This document shows positions 11,941 through 24,357 of a stretch of DNA of 64,000 nucleotides, piece after piece; the first letter of the stretch is position 1; every line of letters begins with the position of its first letter. Origin of the DNA: Octopus vulgaris (Eukaryota); the NCBI GenBank assembly GCA_951406725.2, contig OX597817.1:106950001-107014000 (forward strand). Reading direction: 5' to 3'. The position numbers were made by a program, and so were the translations under genes. The notes beneath the pieces were generated by a model. That model did not search any database, was not told the origin of the DNA, and saw nothing but the letters and a program-made list of their open reading frames with translations.

Positions 11941-12323
11941 CCCTATCCACTATCGGTGCTAGTAGTTTTGCCCCCCACTTAATTTACTTTGTATTTTTGA
12001 CACCCAACAACTTCGGTTTTATTTTTTTACATTTTACTTTCGCACTCTTTTGCTATACCAACAATAGCTGTACATTCTATATAGTTACTAGACCTGTTAG
12101 AAATAGCAACCAAATCTCCTTCAAATGATAAAAGAGCAGAATTATGCTTTAAGTACCCTATATAACCCTTTTCTACTTTTCGAATTCTCAGAAAAACTTT
12201 GCGAATTTGTATTCTACACACGTGAATTCATACAAATATAAAAATGTTAAGCCACTCCGTTTGTTTAATTCATTTCTTTTTGAATTTTAACCTCCTGTTT
12301 GAGCATGCCTTGAGACAACCCCT

Positions 12324-13444
12324 CTATCTAGTCTTTTTCACCCGCAAAATGAGCCCCACTTTAATTTTGCTCACATTGCTTTCAATTTTGGTGTAGCGAT
12401 GCAACTCTGAATTTTGATTACGATCAACCAATTATTTTATCTGGTAAATTAAAGAATCTGATGCTATTTGGAATTAAAGTTGGGAAATTTGGGTAATTTT
12501 AGCCAATCAACAGACAGCTAGGCATTAACAGCTTGTTACCATGACAATCGCACGTTGTGTTGTTTCACCCGCATGTTGTGTTGATTCTTCACACCACGAG
12601 ATTTACTTCACCCCCGTGTTTTGTTTTAATAAAAATTTATATTTATCAATTAGAATTTTATTCTAGATATTTTTCATCAATTGTCTTAGTATTTTTCATA
12701 TATAGCAAAAGTTGTTTGCGATGTTTATACAGTTTCTTGGCATTATGAAGGTGATTGGAATATGTGAACTTAGTACAGATAATTTGAAATGATTTTTGGA
12801 TTCTGCATGCAAAAATATATAAGATACAGGTATCATTTTTCATCTGACAAATTCTTTGTTGACCTGTGTTATTATTATAATTTACAAATTCAAGCATTAA
12901 AACGTTACGCAACTTTGAAGTTTTGGAGATACACCCCCATTTCACACACACATGCACTTATATATTAATGATGTACGCAAATACATGACAGGTATGCAAA
13001 ATACTGAAATACGCATAAAGTAGATACATGCAGACAAATATATTAATATAACAAATTAAAGAAAAATAATAAAAACATACAATCGATGAAGAGACAAAAG
13101 AAACAGTAAGATGATACATGTTGATTTTATTAGGTATTTCTGTTTATTTAGAAACCTACAATGAAGAGGTCATTTCACAGACGCTAAACTATAAATTTCA
13201 CCGGGAACAACCTTAAAGTTGATACCCCTCTGCTACACGCAGAAAATTTCTGTCTCGCTATTGGCTAAAATTAAAAATTTGTATTGATTGTTAAACCTCT
13301 GCAACTTTTTCCTCCAATTTTTTTCTCCACAACTTCATACCTTCATAGCAAAACTGGAAAACTATATTATTATAGCCAATTTCCAGACTTTTTACTGTCT
13401 TTTAAAAAAAATGCATATTTTGCAAATGAAAAAAACTAGATCTC
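12324..13444. mobile_element. Non-autonomous DNA transposon with (G)ATCTAGT-type ends; uninterrupted sister of the element at 23603-26698
   Basis: TCTAGTCTTTTTCA..GCAAAAT versus ATTTTGCAAATGAAAAAAACTAGA; internal blocks are reverse complements of 23603-23843, 24217-24352 and 26512-26698. Confidence 0.7.
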
Positions 13445-15298
13445 AACCTCTAATTTGAGCCAGCACCACATAGGATAATCTAGGAATTTACCAAAATTCT
13501 AGGTGTGATCTTTCAAATGTTGTTACACAGAATCCTTTATTGCTTAACATCATCAGTTATCAGGAGTCATATATAGTTGGAGGGGAGAATAAAGAACAAA
13601 GCTAGAAATTATATGTGTGTGTGTAATATTATGAGCTTCTTTCAGGTTGTGTCTACCTGGAGCCAACAAATGAGCCTCTACATGATTGCCTGGAGCTATA
13701 GTAGAAGACACATGTGCAAAGTGCCACGCAGTGGGACTGATCCTGAGACCATATGGTTAGGAAGCAAGTTTCTTACCACACAACCATGCCTGCTAGAAAC
13801 TGAGTCTCAGTACAGAGCGCTATTCCCTTCCAGAACGTTTCCTTCCTTAACCCTGGTAGAGTTATAGAATTCATATTAATGATAAATTTCTTGTGAGTAA
13901 TTACGTAGTTTAACTTTCAGAACTATTTTAGATTTTTATCATGGTCAAAGTGTTTATGGTCTTTATTAGATGTACTGCACCCAGGGCCGTCACTAAGCCT
14001 ATCATTTATAATCAAGAACTGTATTGTTTTATATTGCCCTGATTTATGTTGATATTGTGTGGTTTATGAAAGATCTGGGGTTTTTTCAACAGATTGCATG
14101 TATAGTATCACATTGTCAATAGCATCTATCTATATATATAAAATTCTTTGTGTCTGTTCCCTATACATTCTCAAAAAGCTCAACCAAATGAAATCAAATT
14201 TTACAAGGTAATACTATCAGACCCCATGAGTGTCAACATAAATTGCCTTCTACTCATATCTTACTGTCTTGAAACGGGAAGGATACATCCTTGAGAATAA
14301 GGATGGGATGATAAAAGCCAGAACTTTCTGATTATAGTTTAGCTCCGTCAGAGTTGAGCTGGATCTAAAAATAACAATATACATTGTTGATGACATATGT
14401 CATAAAATTACAATTTCCTTTCAGACTCATACTTGATTGGAATGTGTGGAATGTTACGCTTTCTGAGTCCAGGATGGACTTAATTCTCAGATCTTCAGAA
14501 ATTGATACAATATGTATCTCTTATTATAAAAGGCAGATTTTATCTGCCTCCCTTTGGGAGTTATACAAATCTACAATATAGGATTTTTTCAATTACAATT
14601 TACCTGGCATTTTTAAGAGTACAATGCATCGCGTCATGCCAGGTCCAGTTTTTAAAATTTAAACTCCAATTAAGCAAAATTTACAGAAAACTCACATTCT
14701 GGTGTGTGTGTCAAATGCTTTTCTTAGTCTGGTTTACACCACACGCAAACGCACACACACAGTGTGCGACGAATAAAATGAAAGTAAATGTAATATTTGT
14801 TTCTGTCTATCACGCTGATAGATACATGAGTAAAATGTATGGGAAGCTAACAGATAACAGTGAGTGAAAATGTTCTTGGAAGAGAGTAAATTAGCGACAG
14901 AGTGATTTGAGCAAGACTAAACTGAAAGTATGAAACAGTGTTTATGTATAAACAGACGACACTTATATAAACCCTTTCGTTACCAAACCGCCCGAATTTA
15001 CCTATTCATATTTAAATGAGAATATCAGAGTAAATCTCTTTAGTACATTCGTGAAAACACGTATTATACTTCGTAAACACTTCAAATACAGTTTTGTACA
15101 AAAATCGAAGTGTAATTTTAATTCTGTGAATTATGGGACATTTTTTTCCGAAATTTGTTCCTATTGTGTTTTCAAAATTTGTAATTCTGACAAAAAATGG
15201 ATACGAATTTCATTATATCAAGCAGCGAGTCAGAATTCGAAGGATTTTCTACTGAAGACCTTCATAAATCTAACTCTATGACTGAAAAAAAAAAAGCA

Positions 15299-15694
15299 TC
15301 TTTATATAAGAGTGAAGTTGTGTGTCTGTCCCCTTCGATTTAGATTCGTAACTACTCCCACATTTTGCGGTGCAGTTTAACCAAAAGCGGGTATCTTATA
15401 GTCGTGATTCATATCGAGCCCTTCTGGGTATTAGCGCGCGTCTACGATGAGTCTACGATTTAAAAAAAATTTACCATCATATTTTTCCATTTTAATGCAT
15501 TTTTTTCGCTTTTATATAAGGGAAGTAACTCTCTAAAAATATCTACGATGTGTCAACGATTTAAAAAAAAAATTTACCTTAATTTTTTTTCAATTTTTAA
15601 TGCATTTTTTTGCTATTTTTTGGCTATAACTCTCTAAAAATGCTTATATAGTTATTTCCCTTACAACCCGAGCAACGCCGGGCGATACTGCTAG
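15299..15694 (+). mobile_element. Complete non-autonomous Helitron
   Basis: A|TC 5' end, 3' hairpin CCCG-AGCAACG-CCGGG, CTAG|T 3' end, no TSD; internal ~100-bp tandem duplication at 15441-15640. Confidence 0.85.
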
Positions 15695-16380
15695 TGATTA
15701 ATAAAATGAAACAAACGATTTAATCATAATGAGTAGAAATTATCGCACTTCTATGAACAAAGCTACACCTAACATCTGAATATAATGTATTGAAATTTAT
15801 GTAAGATATGATTTATTCTTTTCTAAAGTTGTAGTATAAATCACACACCCTTCTCCCAAACTGATGACAATAGAAAGTATACATGATACAAATACATTAC
15901 GTAATGGCAAAAGTTTGATGACTGGCTATATATGTTCATAAATTACAAATACAGCGTAAGTTGTGAATATATAATTAATTACAAACTCATACCTGTTCAC
16001 ATACAGTTTTTGTGGAGAAGTCAGTGCTTATCAAAAAGCTCAACACACACACACACACACATATATATATATGTGTATGTATGTGTATATATATATATAT
16101 ATATGTACACGTACATACATCATATCATCATCATCGTCCAATGTTTTAAGTCCCAGGTTTTATCCCTGTTGATTGGGGTGGACAGATCTACCTCAATGCC
16201 ATAGCAACCGAGGTATATAGGTGCAGCCCACCCCAACCTTTGGACTGACTAGTGCCCATTCTCCTTTGCTATCATGAGGCTATTTTGGAGCTGGATTTTC
16301 TACAGGAAGCATGCCCTTGCTTACCCCCAACTTCAGTTTCTAGACATGAGTGGTCCTAACACCAAGGTCTCTACTGAAAT

Positions 16381-16407
<27 letters not shown>

Positions 16408-16411
<4 letters not shown>

Positions 16412-17615
16412 GACATGAAAGAAGTAAATAGACACCCTTATAATCATTAAAATTTATTTAAATCTGAGATTATACATTCAAATTATTTGTTAGTTGTTAT
16501 AATGTGGACATTTAATATTTAGTAGACATGTTCTTTGCATTTTTCAATGCAAGGACCCTATTAGGCATGTTATTGATCAGATGGTGAATATTCTCTTGCG
16601 GAATTTCTTGTTAAGTTTCATGCAATAATCTCAAAAGATCTGGCTTTGAAGATGCTTTCTTGTTCTGTTCATGAAATGTCCTGTCCATTATGCCCCAGAA
16701 GTGTTCTAAAGGGTTCATATCTGGTGACTGGCTTGGCTATGGAAGCTTTCTGATGCCATTCTTTACCAACAAATCTTGGGTCATTTCAACTGTGTGACAA
16801 GGAATCCCATTTTCCATAAATAGAGAGTCTTTAATCATTTCACCACTGGAGAAATTTGGAAGGAGTCCTTTCTGCAATATGGACACATTTATTTGAGTTT
16901 ATCTTTCCCTCACACTCCACCAGCTCTGATCAACCATTGTTCCAAATTGTTGCCCAGACCATCACAGAATAGCTGCTGTGTTCCATTACTGGTTGCAATC
17001 TTTTCACATCAAATTCTTGATCACAGAGTCTCCAGATCCACACTGTTAGGAAATACAGCAAATCTGGGCTCATCAGAGAACATGGCAGTGTCCCAAAATG
17101 CTAATGGCCTCTCCACCATCTCACTGGCCCAATCTTTTCTCTGCTTCATGTTGGCTAGTCAAAGATGTGGCTTCCTTCTTCCTACTCTACCATAGTAACC
17201 AAGTTTGTGGAGATACCTGACAGTTGTTCTGGGACTGACATCAACTTGCGCTGCTATGTCAGGTCTTGCAATGAGGATTATCCTCAACACTTCTCTTAGC
17301 AAAGAGAAGGGTCCTGTTAGAGGGCACTGGTTGATTTGGACATGGTGATGTCAACTCCTTCCCCTCTATGGTGAATTGCACAATCACTCTATTAACTGTA
17401 CAAAGCGGGATCCCAAGGTTTTCTGAGATTTTACACTGACTGTATCCACCTTCAGAAATTCAGACAGTTCCAAGGCTTCTTTTGTACATGGCATGATTAA
17501 ACAGTCACATATAGAATCTGAAACATAAATATGTCAATTAATAAGAAATATAAACCTTTACAAATTAGAATGAACAGAAGGCGATGTTTTATGGGGTGTC
17601 TCTTTACTTCTAATA

Positions 17616-17621
<6 letters not shown>
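16408..17621 (-). mobile_element. Tc1-family DNA transposon relic
   Basis: TIRs CACAGACATGAAAGAAGTAAATAGACACCC / GGGTGTCTCTTTACTTCTAATATGTGTG in TA-rich microsatellite; - strand motifs WDTAMFSDEPRF, FMENGIPCHT, PSQSPDMNPLEHFW; frame disrupted. Confidence 0.85.
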
Positions 17622-17663
<42 letters not shown>

Positions 17664-17984
17664 CATACATATATAAATATATACATACACATGTATATAT
17701 ATATATAGCAATAAGAAAATGGAGGGAATCAATAGGTGGTTCATCAACTTTTAGACATTATATTATGTTAACTTATTTATTCATTTACTAAACTGACAAT
17801 TACAATAATATACATACATGTATAACATATTATGCTTTACATATAAGATATAAAATATATTAATATATAAGGATACCAGTAATTATTACAAAATAACATA
17901 CATGAATATAAATTGGGAAATTAACTTTCAGCTATTTCAGCCAAGAAATAAAAATACCTCATTCTACCTTTATTACTCAAACCT

Positions 17985-18372
17985 GTGCTAGTAGGGTGCC
18001 AAGAACACCATCCGAGTGTGATCATTGCCAGAGCAGCCAACTGGCTCTGTGCTGGTGGCACGTAAAAGGTCACCATTCGTGCGTGATCATTACCAACGTC
18101 GCCTTACTGGCACCTGTGCAGGTGGCATGTGTAAAAAGATTCAAGCAAGGTCATTGCCAGTACCGCCTGACTGGCCCTGTGCCGGTGGCACGTAAAAAGC
18201 ACCCACTACACTCTCGGAGTGGTTGGCGTTAGGAAGGGCATCCAGCTGTAGAAACTCTGCCAGATCAAGATTGGAGCCTGGTGCGGCCGTCTGGTTCGCC
18301 AGCCCTCAGTCAAAATCGTCCAACCTATGCTAGCATGGAAGGCGGACGTTAAACGATGATGATGATGATGAT
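17985..18372 (+). mobile_element. RTE-type LINE 3' UTR fragment with (GAT)n tail
   Basis: GGTTGGCGTTAGGAAGGGCATCCAGCTGTAGAAAC...GCATGGAAGGCGGACGTTAAACGATGATGATG; the same UTR follows RTE coding sequence at 49495-49963. Confidence 0.8.
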
Positions 18373-19145
18373 AGATGAAATGAAATTTAGGTACTTGGGT
18401 ATTTCTCTAGGCTTCGTCAGAGATTATAAACTACATAATGTTAAGTTATAAATAAATATAAATATAAAATAAATAAAAATACACACATTTAAATACTTAT
18501 ATATATAGATATACATATACATACATATATAAATATACATAAATACTTATATATATTCTGAAATGTACATACATATTTGCATTTATAAGTTATTACTAAT
18601 ATTATTAATATTAGATGCATTCTATTATTCACATTAGATATAATATAGAATATAATATATAAACAGATATTTTTGAAAGTTATAAGGATAGTAATTTTAC
18701 AATCAATGTGTGCATATGCATGTATACATTCCTCATGTGTATGCAGTTTCGTTCTGACATAACTGTAATAACTTTATGATATATTGACTGTAAAATACAG
18801 TTGGGTGTAGCCAAGATACGACTGTCACTAATTTTATCAGGATATTGCAGCCATATTCAAGTTCGTACAAAGCTGGTAATAAACTCAGGCCAGATACGAA
18901 ATGTATGCGCTATTTTGAACTTTTAATAAACCAGTTCATTATCAATGAACAATGCGTAATGGGACTGAGGACATACTGGGGTACTGCCTTGATACAAATC
19001 CATCCCAGTACTTATCAATTTAATTCTTGTACTTATTCTATTGATATCTTTTGCTGAACCTTTAAATTACAGGGATGTGAACAAAACAACACCGGCTGTC
19101 AAACAGTGGTGGGCAACACACACGGGTATTTTTTTTTTTAAATGT

Positions 19146-19445
19146 TAGCTTGCTTACCAACTACATGGTTCCGGGTTCAGTCTCACTGCGTGGCACCTTG
19201 GGCAAGTGTCTTCTATCAAAGTGAGCAGATTTGGTAGACAGAAACTGAAAGAAGCCTGTCGTCCCCCAACATCGCTTGACAACTGATGCTGGTGTGTTTA
19301 CATCCTCGTAACTTAGCGTTTCGGCAAAAGAGACCGATAGAATAAGTACTAAGCTTACAAAGAATAAGACCTGGGGGTCGATTTGCTAGACTAAAGGCAG
19401 TGCTCCGGCGTGGCTGCAGTCAAATAAAAAAAAGAATAAAAGAAT
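19146..19445 (+). mobile_element. Family-O SINE with internal deletions
   Basis: Collinear with 29877-30312. Confidence 0.8.
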
Positions 19446-19661
19446 GAAGATCAATTCAGTTATGTCTTTTTCCTGTAAAGTGTATGTCCATATGTCAGAC
19501 TTTTAAAAGTTTAATTTATATGCCAGTTGTTTTCAAATGTATGGGGATTCAATAATTCTATGCTACTCATATGGGGTTAGAAAATCAAGAGGCATGAGGA
19601 AAGGTGGTTTAAAACAATGTGAGCCTGAACCCAGAACAGTGTGGTTGGGATGCAATTTGCA

Positions 19662-20219
19662 TTTTATCGACCCCGGAAGGATGAAAAGCAAAGTCGACCA
19701 CGGCGGAATTTGAACTTAGAATGTAAAGACAGACGAAATACCGCAAAGCATTTTGCCCGGTGTGCTAACGTTTCTTATTTCTTTATTTCCCACAAGGGGC
19801 TAAACATAGAGGGGACAAATAGGACAGACAAAGGGATTAAGTCGATTACATCGACCCCAGTGCGTAACTGGTACTTAATTTATCGACCCCGAAAGGATGA
19901 AAGGCAAAGTCGACCACGGCGGAATTTGAACTCAGAACGTAAAGACAGACGAAATACCGCAAAACATTTCGCCCGGTGTGCTAACGTTTCTTATTCCTTT
20001 ATTGCCCACAAGGGGCTAAACATAGAGGGGACAAAAAAGGACAATGGGATTAAGTCGATTACATGGACCCCAGTGCGTAACTGGTACTTAATTTATTGAC
20101 CCCGAAAGGATGAAAGGCAAAGTCCACCTCGGCGGAATTTGAACTCAGAACGTAACGGCAGATGAAATACTGCTAAGCATTTCACCCAGTGTGCTAACGT
20201 TTCTGCCAGCTCGTCGCCT
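19662..20219 (-). mobile_element. Head-to-tail trimer of SINE family M (~216-bp period)
   Basis: Junction CTAACGTTTC|TTATT at 19774 and 19990; complete head only at the right end. Confidence 0.85.
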
Positions 20220-20899
20220 ATCGTACCACACAGTCACGCCTGCGCCTATATGTACAAGTGTATACGACAAATAACAGAATATTTTTTTTATCTTTTTGTT
20301 CTTCTTTGATTCTATAAAGTGAAATAGGTTCAATCAAAATCGTAAGCATACGCTAACTTACATCCTCCCTTCTGTCCTAGACATAGTACATTCAGTAATG
20401 TCAGTACATAGCCAACCACCTGATGTTAAGTGTCCTACTTTTCAATGAAAAATATAATCGATAAACTCAGTAAAATTCTATCATGTCTTGCCGATATTTG
20501 CATATTCTTTCGCTTCTTTAGAAAGTTTTATTTTTCAGAATAATACATTTATTGAATGTCGTCTGTCTCTATACTGTCTGAACATGTATTACACTATTTA
20601 TTTACATGTTACACAGAAAGGCTGGTGTATACAACTAAAGAATTGTCCACGTCAGACCGATACAAACATAGATTTGAATTAATTTCAATGACTTACGAAC
20701 ATCTGTAAGAAAATAAATTGTGAGAGAAAATGCAATGTATGGTTTCCGAAATATAATTACGTAGATATAATAGGATTATATAATATGTATTAATAGGATT
20801 TATACATATTTTCTTTAAACATATATATCTTGTTTATTGCCTCACCCTTATTGACATCGAAGGGTTTCAACAGTTGCTTTTAAGAGTGATATTGTTTTA

Positions 20900-21830
20900 A
20901 TCAGCGCAAAAATCGATGCATGGAGAATTGTCACTTGACCTTGCAAGAAATAACGACCATAATCGGTGATCTTTCGTTTAATGACTCCAAAAAGCGAAAC
21001 CACTGAAATGAACGAATTGTTTACTTAGAAATGAAATATAAATTATAGGTTCAGTAACAAAATGATAAAGTGTAAAATACGAACTTTGTAAAGCATTTTC
21101 GATTTATTTTATATTCAAAAGATAATGAACTAAAATAGAATTGGACAATACAGTTGAAAGCATTTAACAATTCAGATGCTTAGCAACATATGATGAATAA
21201 TGATTGGCAAGAACGTTAAAGTACTTTGACCAGGCTCAAGGTCACTCGTAAGAGTGTTGCAGTGCACCATATCAAGATGATGACCATCATGATCATTATC
21301 AATAGGACCACTAGGGACCCTATTGATAATGATCATGATGGTATTTGAAGTGCCTGAACTTCGATTCATCCATCTCTACGATTACGCTGTTTCCGCACTC
21401 TGTACAAGATGGTCGATACACTTCATAACAAATACATCTCTATAATAGTTATTACAGTTAACAATTGTTTCTCTATCAATCTGCTCCATAATAACAATTA
21501 TTTGTAGTTAGCTGCTGCCCGCCAAAACATACGTTCCACCAGGTAATGCAGTAGGTTATGTAATTCAAAGAAAGAATTTTTTTTAATGCTTTGATAATGC
21601 CTGCAGACACAACGCACCCAAGCAATTCCATTTGAACCTGTCTGGCGATTCACCAAATGCACTGGTTCGTCACAGCATTGAATTATGAAATAACCCCATC
21701 AATGCAAGAAAGTTAATTGTACTTTCAATGTTCGTCATATTAATACAAATATCCTGTACGAGATAATTCCTTTCAGTCAGCTCATCGATATCATCCACAG
21801 TTCTCACGTTCACTGTATCGTCAATTAGTC
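20900..21830 (-). pseudogene. Highly decayed Merlin (IS1595/ISXO2-like) transposase
   Basis: - strand reads SIKKNSFFE, NYYRDVF, VIVEMDESKFRHFKYH and TFLPIIIHH, in the same order as the motifs at 38817-39757. Confidence 0.7.
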
Positions 21831-22389
21831 TTCTGCTTCAGAAATACAGTGCATTGAATATTTAAACAATCGATGTACATAAACGCCAAGTTCTCCACCA
21901 TTTTTTCTTTTTTTTTTTATCTCAGAGATTTTCCGCTTTCTCTTGCGTTGAAGCAACGACTGAGCGTAGAGATGTGAAAAAGAAGGAGAGTATAATAAAG
22001 AGGAGTAGATTAGATAGGCAAGTGGACAAACGGTGGATTGACAGTAGGAGAAAGAGATATGCGTGTCAACAAGTGAAATATACACAGTCACACGAGTAAA
22101 AAGACATGAGATATTAAAGGAAATGTGAGCAAAAAAAAAAAATGTTCCACGATCAATAGGAGACGGACAGGGAAAGAAAACTCTACAATGAAATTAAAAA
22201 CGTAACTTAAAAAAATGTTTTTTGTAGGAGAGAGAGACGGAAGTGAAAGAAAGAATTATAAAAGGAAAGAACAATGGATTAGATGGATAAATAGCTAGGC
22301 GGAAGGGTGATAGAGTGGAAGTGTCAGGTGAGCACGACTTGGAGTAGAAGGGTCAAGAATTATTGACAAGTGATAGAAGCAAACCTCGC

Positions 22390-23602
22390 GGATCTTTTCA
22401 ATCTGACCGACAGATTTTAAAAATTAATTTTTTTAACTAAACACTTTGAAACTTCGGATACTGGTAGAAGGTGTCATATAGAATAAGGGTTTACTCTTAA
22501 CGTTTTTGACAAAATTTTGTATATTAGAAGTTATTTCGTGTTAAAGTTGTATTTGGATAATTTTAACCAATCAATGACGTGTATTCGGCTGAAGAAAATT
22601 ACTGCTGCTGTTTGCTGACAGACAGAATCTTCCTGACAAAAAGAAAAAATGAAATTTCCATCTTCAAGAAAAAAAAATGCAAGTTTATATTATTTTATAA
22701 TGTTCGCTTAGAAATTCATTACTTCTAGAAAAGAATAAGACAAAATGGTCATGGCTGGAACGCTTTTCTCACAGATCCATTACAATCAGAGCTATCCTGT
22801 GGTTAAAACAATATTCTTCACTGAATGATGAAGCAGCTAAAGTTAAAGAAAAGTTGAAAGAATAAAAAATAGCAAGTATCCATATTCCAAATATTGGGAC
22901 TCCCTTATAAAATAATAAATATAAACTTGCATTATTTTTGTTTCTTGAAGATGGAAATTTCATTTTTCTTTTTGTCAGGAAGATTTGGTTGCTCTTTCTA
23001 GCAACTCGAGCGACCAGGTAAGGGCTCTCTTGTTGCCTCGTTCTCTTCGTCACTTGTTGTTTAGCCCCGAGTTGGATCTGATTGAACAGATGTGATCAAA
23101 GACGCCCCAACTGTGACCATTCCGTCTTTCTACCCAGACATAATGGACTCTATGTGTATATTACAGGACAGATGTTTTTCTATTCTGTATATAAAAAAAG
23201 TTTGGCTACTTTTTCTAGCAGGTCATGCAACCACATACAGGCTCCATCGTTGGTCTGTCTCTAATAATTCTGTTGTTATTTAGCCTCAAATCAACCCTGA
23301 TACAGCAAACCTATGTTGCTATAAAAACATCTCTGGTTATTAAAGAAGGGTTTTGTTAGGGGAGTAGACCCAGAAGTTGTTCGCAAACAGCAACAGTAAT
23401 TTTCTTCAGCTGAATACATGTCATTGATTGGTTAAAATTACCCAAACACGACAACTTTAACACGAAATAACTTCTAAAATACAAAATGTTGTCCAAAATG
23501 CTAAGAGTAAGCCCTATTCTATGTGACACATTCTATCAGTATCCGAAGTTTCAGTTTGGTTAAAATTTTTTTTTTAATCTGTCGGTCAGATTGAAAAGAT
23601 TC
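22390..23602. mobile_element. Foldback-type GGATCTTTTC element with ~230-bp TIRs and a nested internal inverted repeat
   Basis: 22390-22620 is the reverse complement of ~23380-23602; 22626-22700 is the reverse complement of ~22905-22985; no TSD. Confidence 0.8.
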
Positions 23603-23843
23603 TATAGTTTTCCAGTCTCATTGCTATGAAGGTATGATACTGTGGAGACAAAAAATTGGAGGGAAAAGTTACAGAGGTTTAAAAATTGGAAAACTGTATT
23701 TTTATAGCCAATAGCGAGACAGAAATTTTCTGTGTTTAGCGGAGTGGTGTGAAATTATATTTTAGTGTGTGTAACATGACCTGTTCATTGTGGGTTTTTA
23801 AATAAACAGAAACACTTAATAAAATCAACATGTATCATCTTAC

Positions 23844-24208
23844 GGATCTTTTCAGTTTGAACGGCAGTTTTTAAAAATAATTTCCACGTAACTAAACACT
23901 TTTAAACTTCGTATACTGGTAGAATGTGTTTATAAAACGTCTTTTTCTCTTGGCTTTATTGTTGTTGTTTTTCTTCAATTTCTGCAATTTCAACCAATCA
24001 ATGACGTCTATTGAGGTGAAAACATTCTGTGCCATATGAATATGTCCCTCGTTTAAGAAACAGATTGGGTTTATTTACATTTCCCCCACCCCTAATCCTA
24101 ACCCTAAAACAGATTGAAATGCAATAGATTGATACTAGGGTCATCATTATGGGTGACAATTTCATATGACACCGCTAGAAAAAACTGTCGTTCAAACCGA
24201 AAAGATCC
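23844..24208. mobile_element. Merlin-type MITE
   Basis: TIR GGATCTTTTCAGTTTGAACGGCAGTTTTT; exact 8-bp TSD CATCTTAC (23836-23843, 24209-24216). Confidence 0.92.
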
Positions 24209-24357
24209 CATCTTACTTTTTCTTTTGTCTCTTCATTGATTGTATGTTTTTATTATTTTTTAAAATTCGTTATATTAATATATTTGTTTGCATGTGTTTA
24301 TTTTATGCGTATTTCAGTACTATGTATACAACATTAATATATAAGTGCATGTGGATG

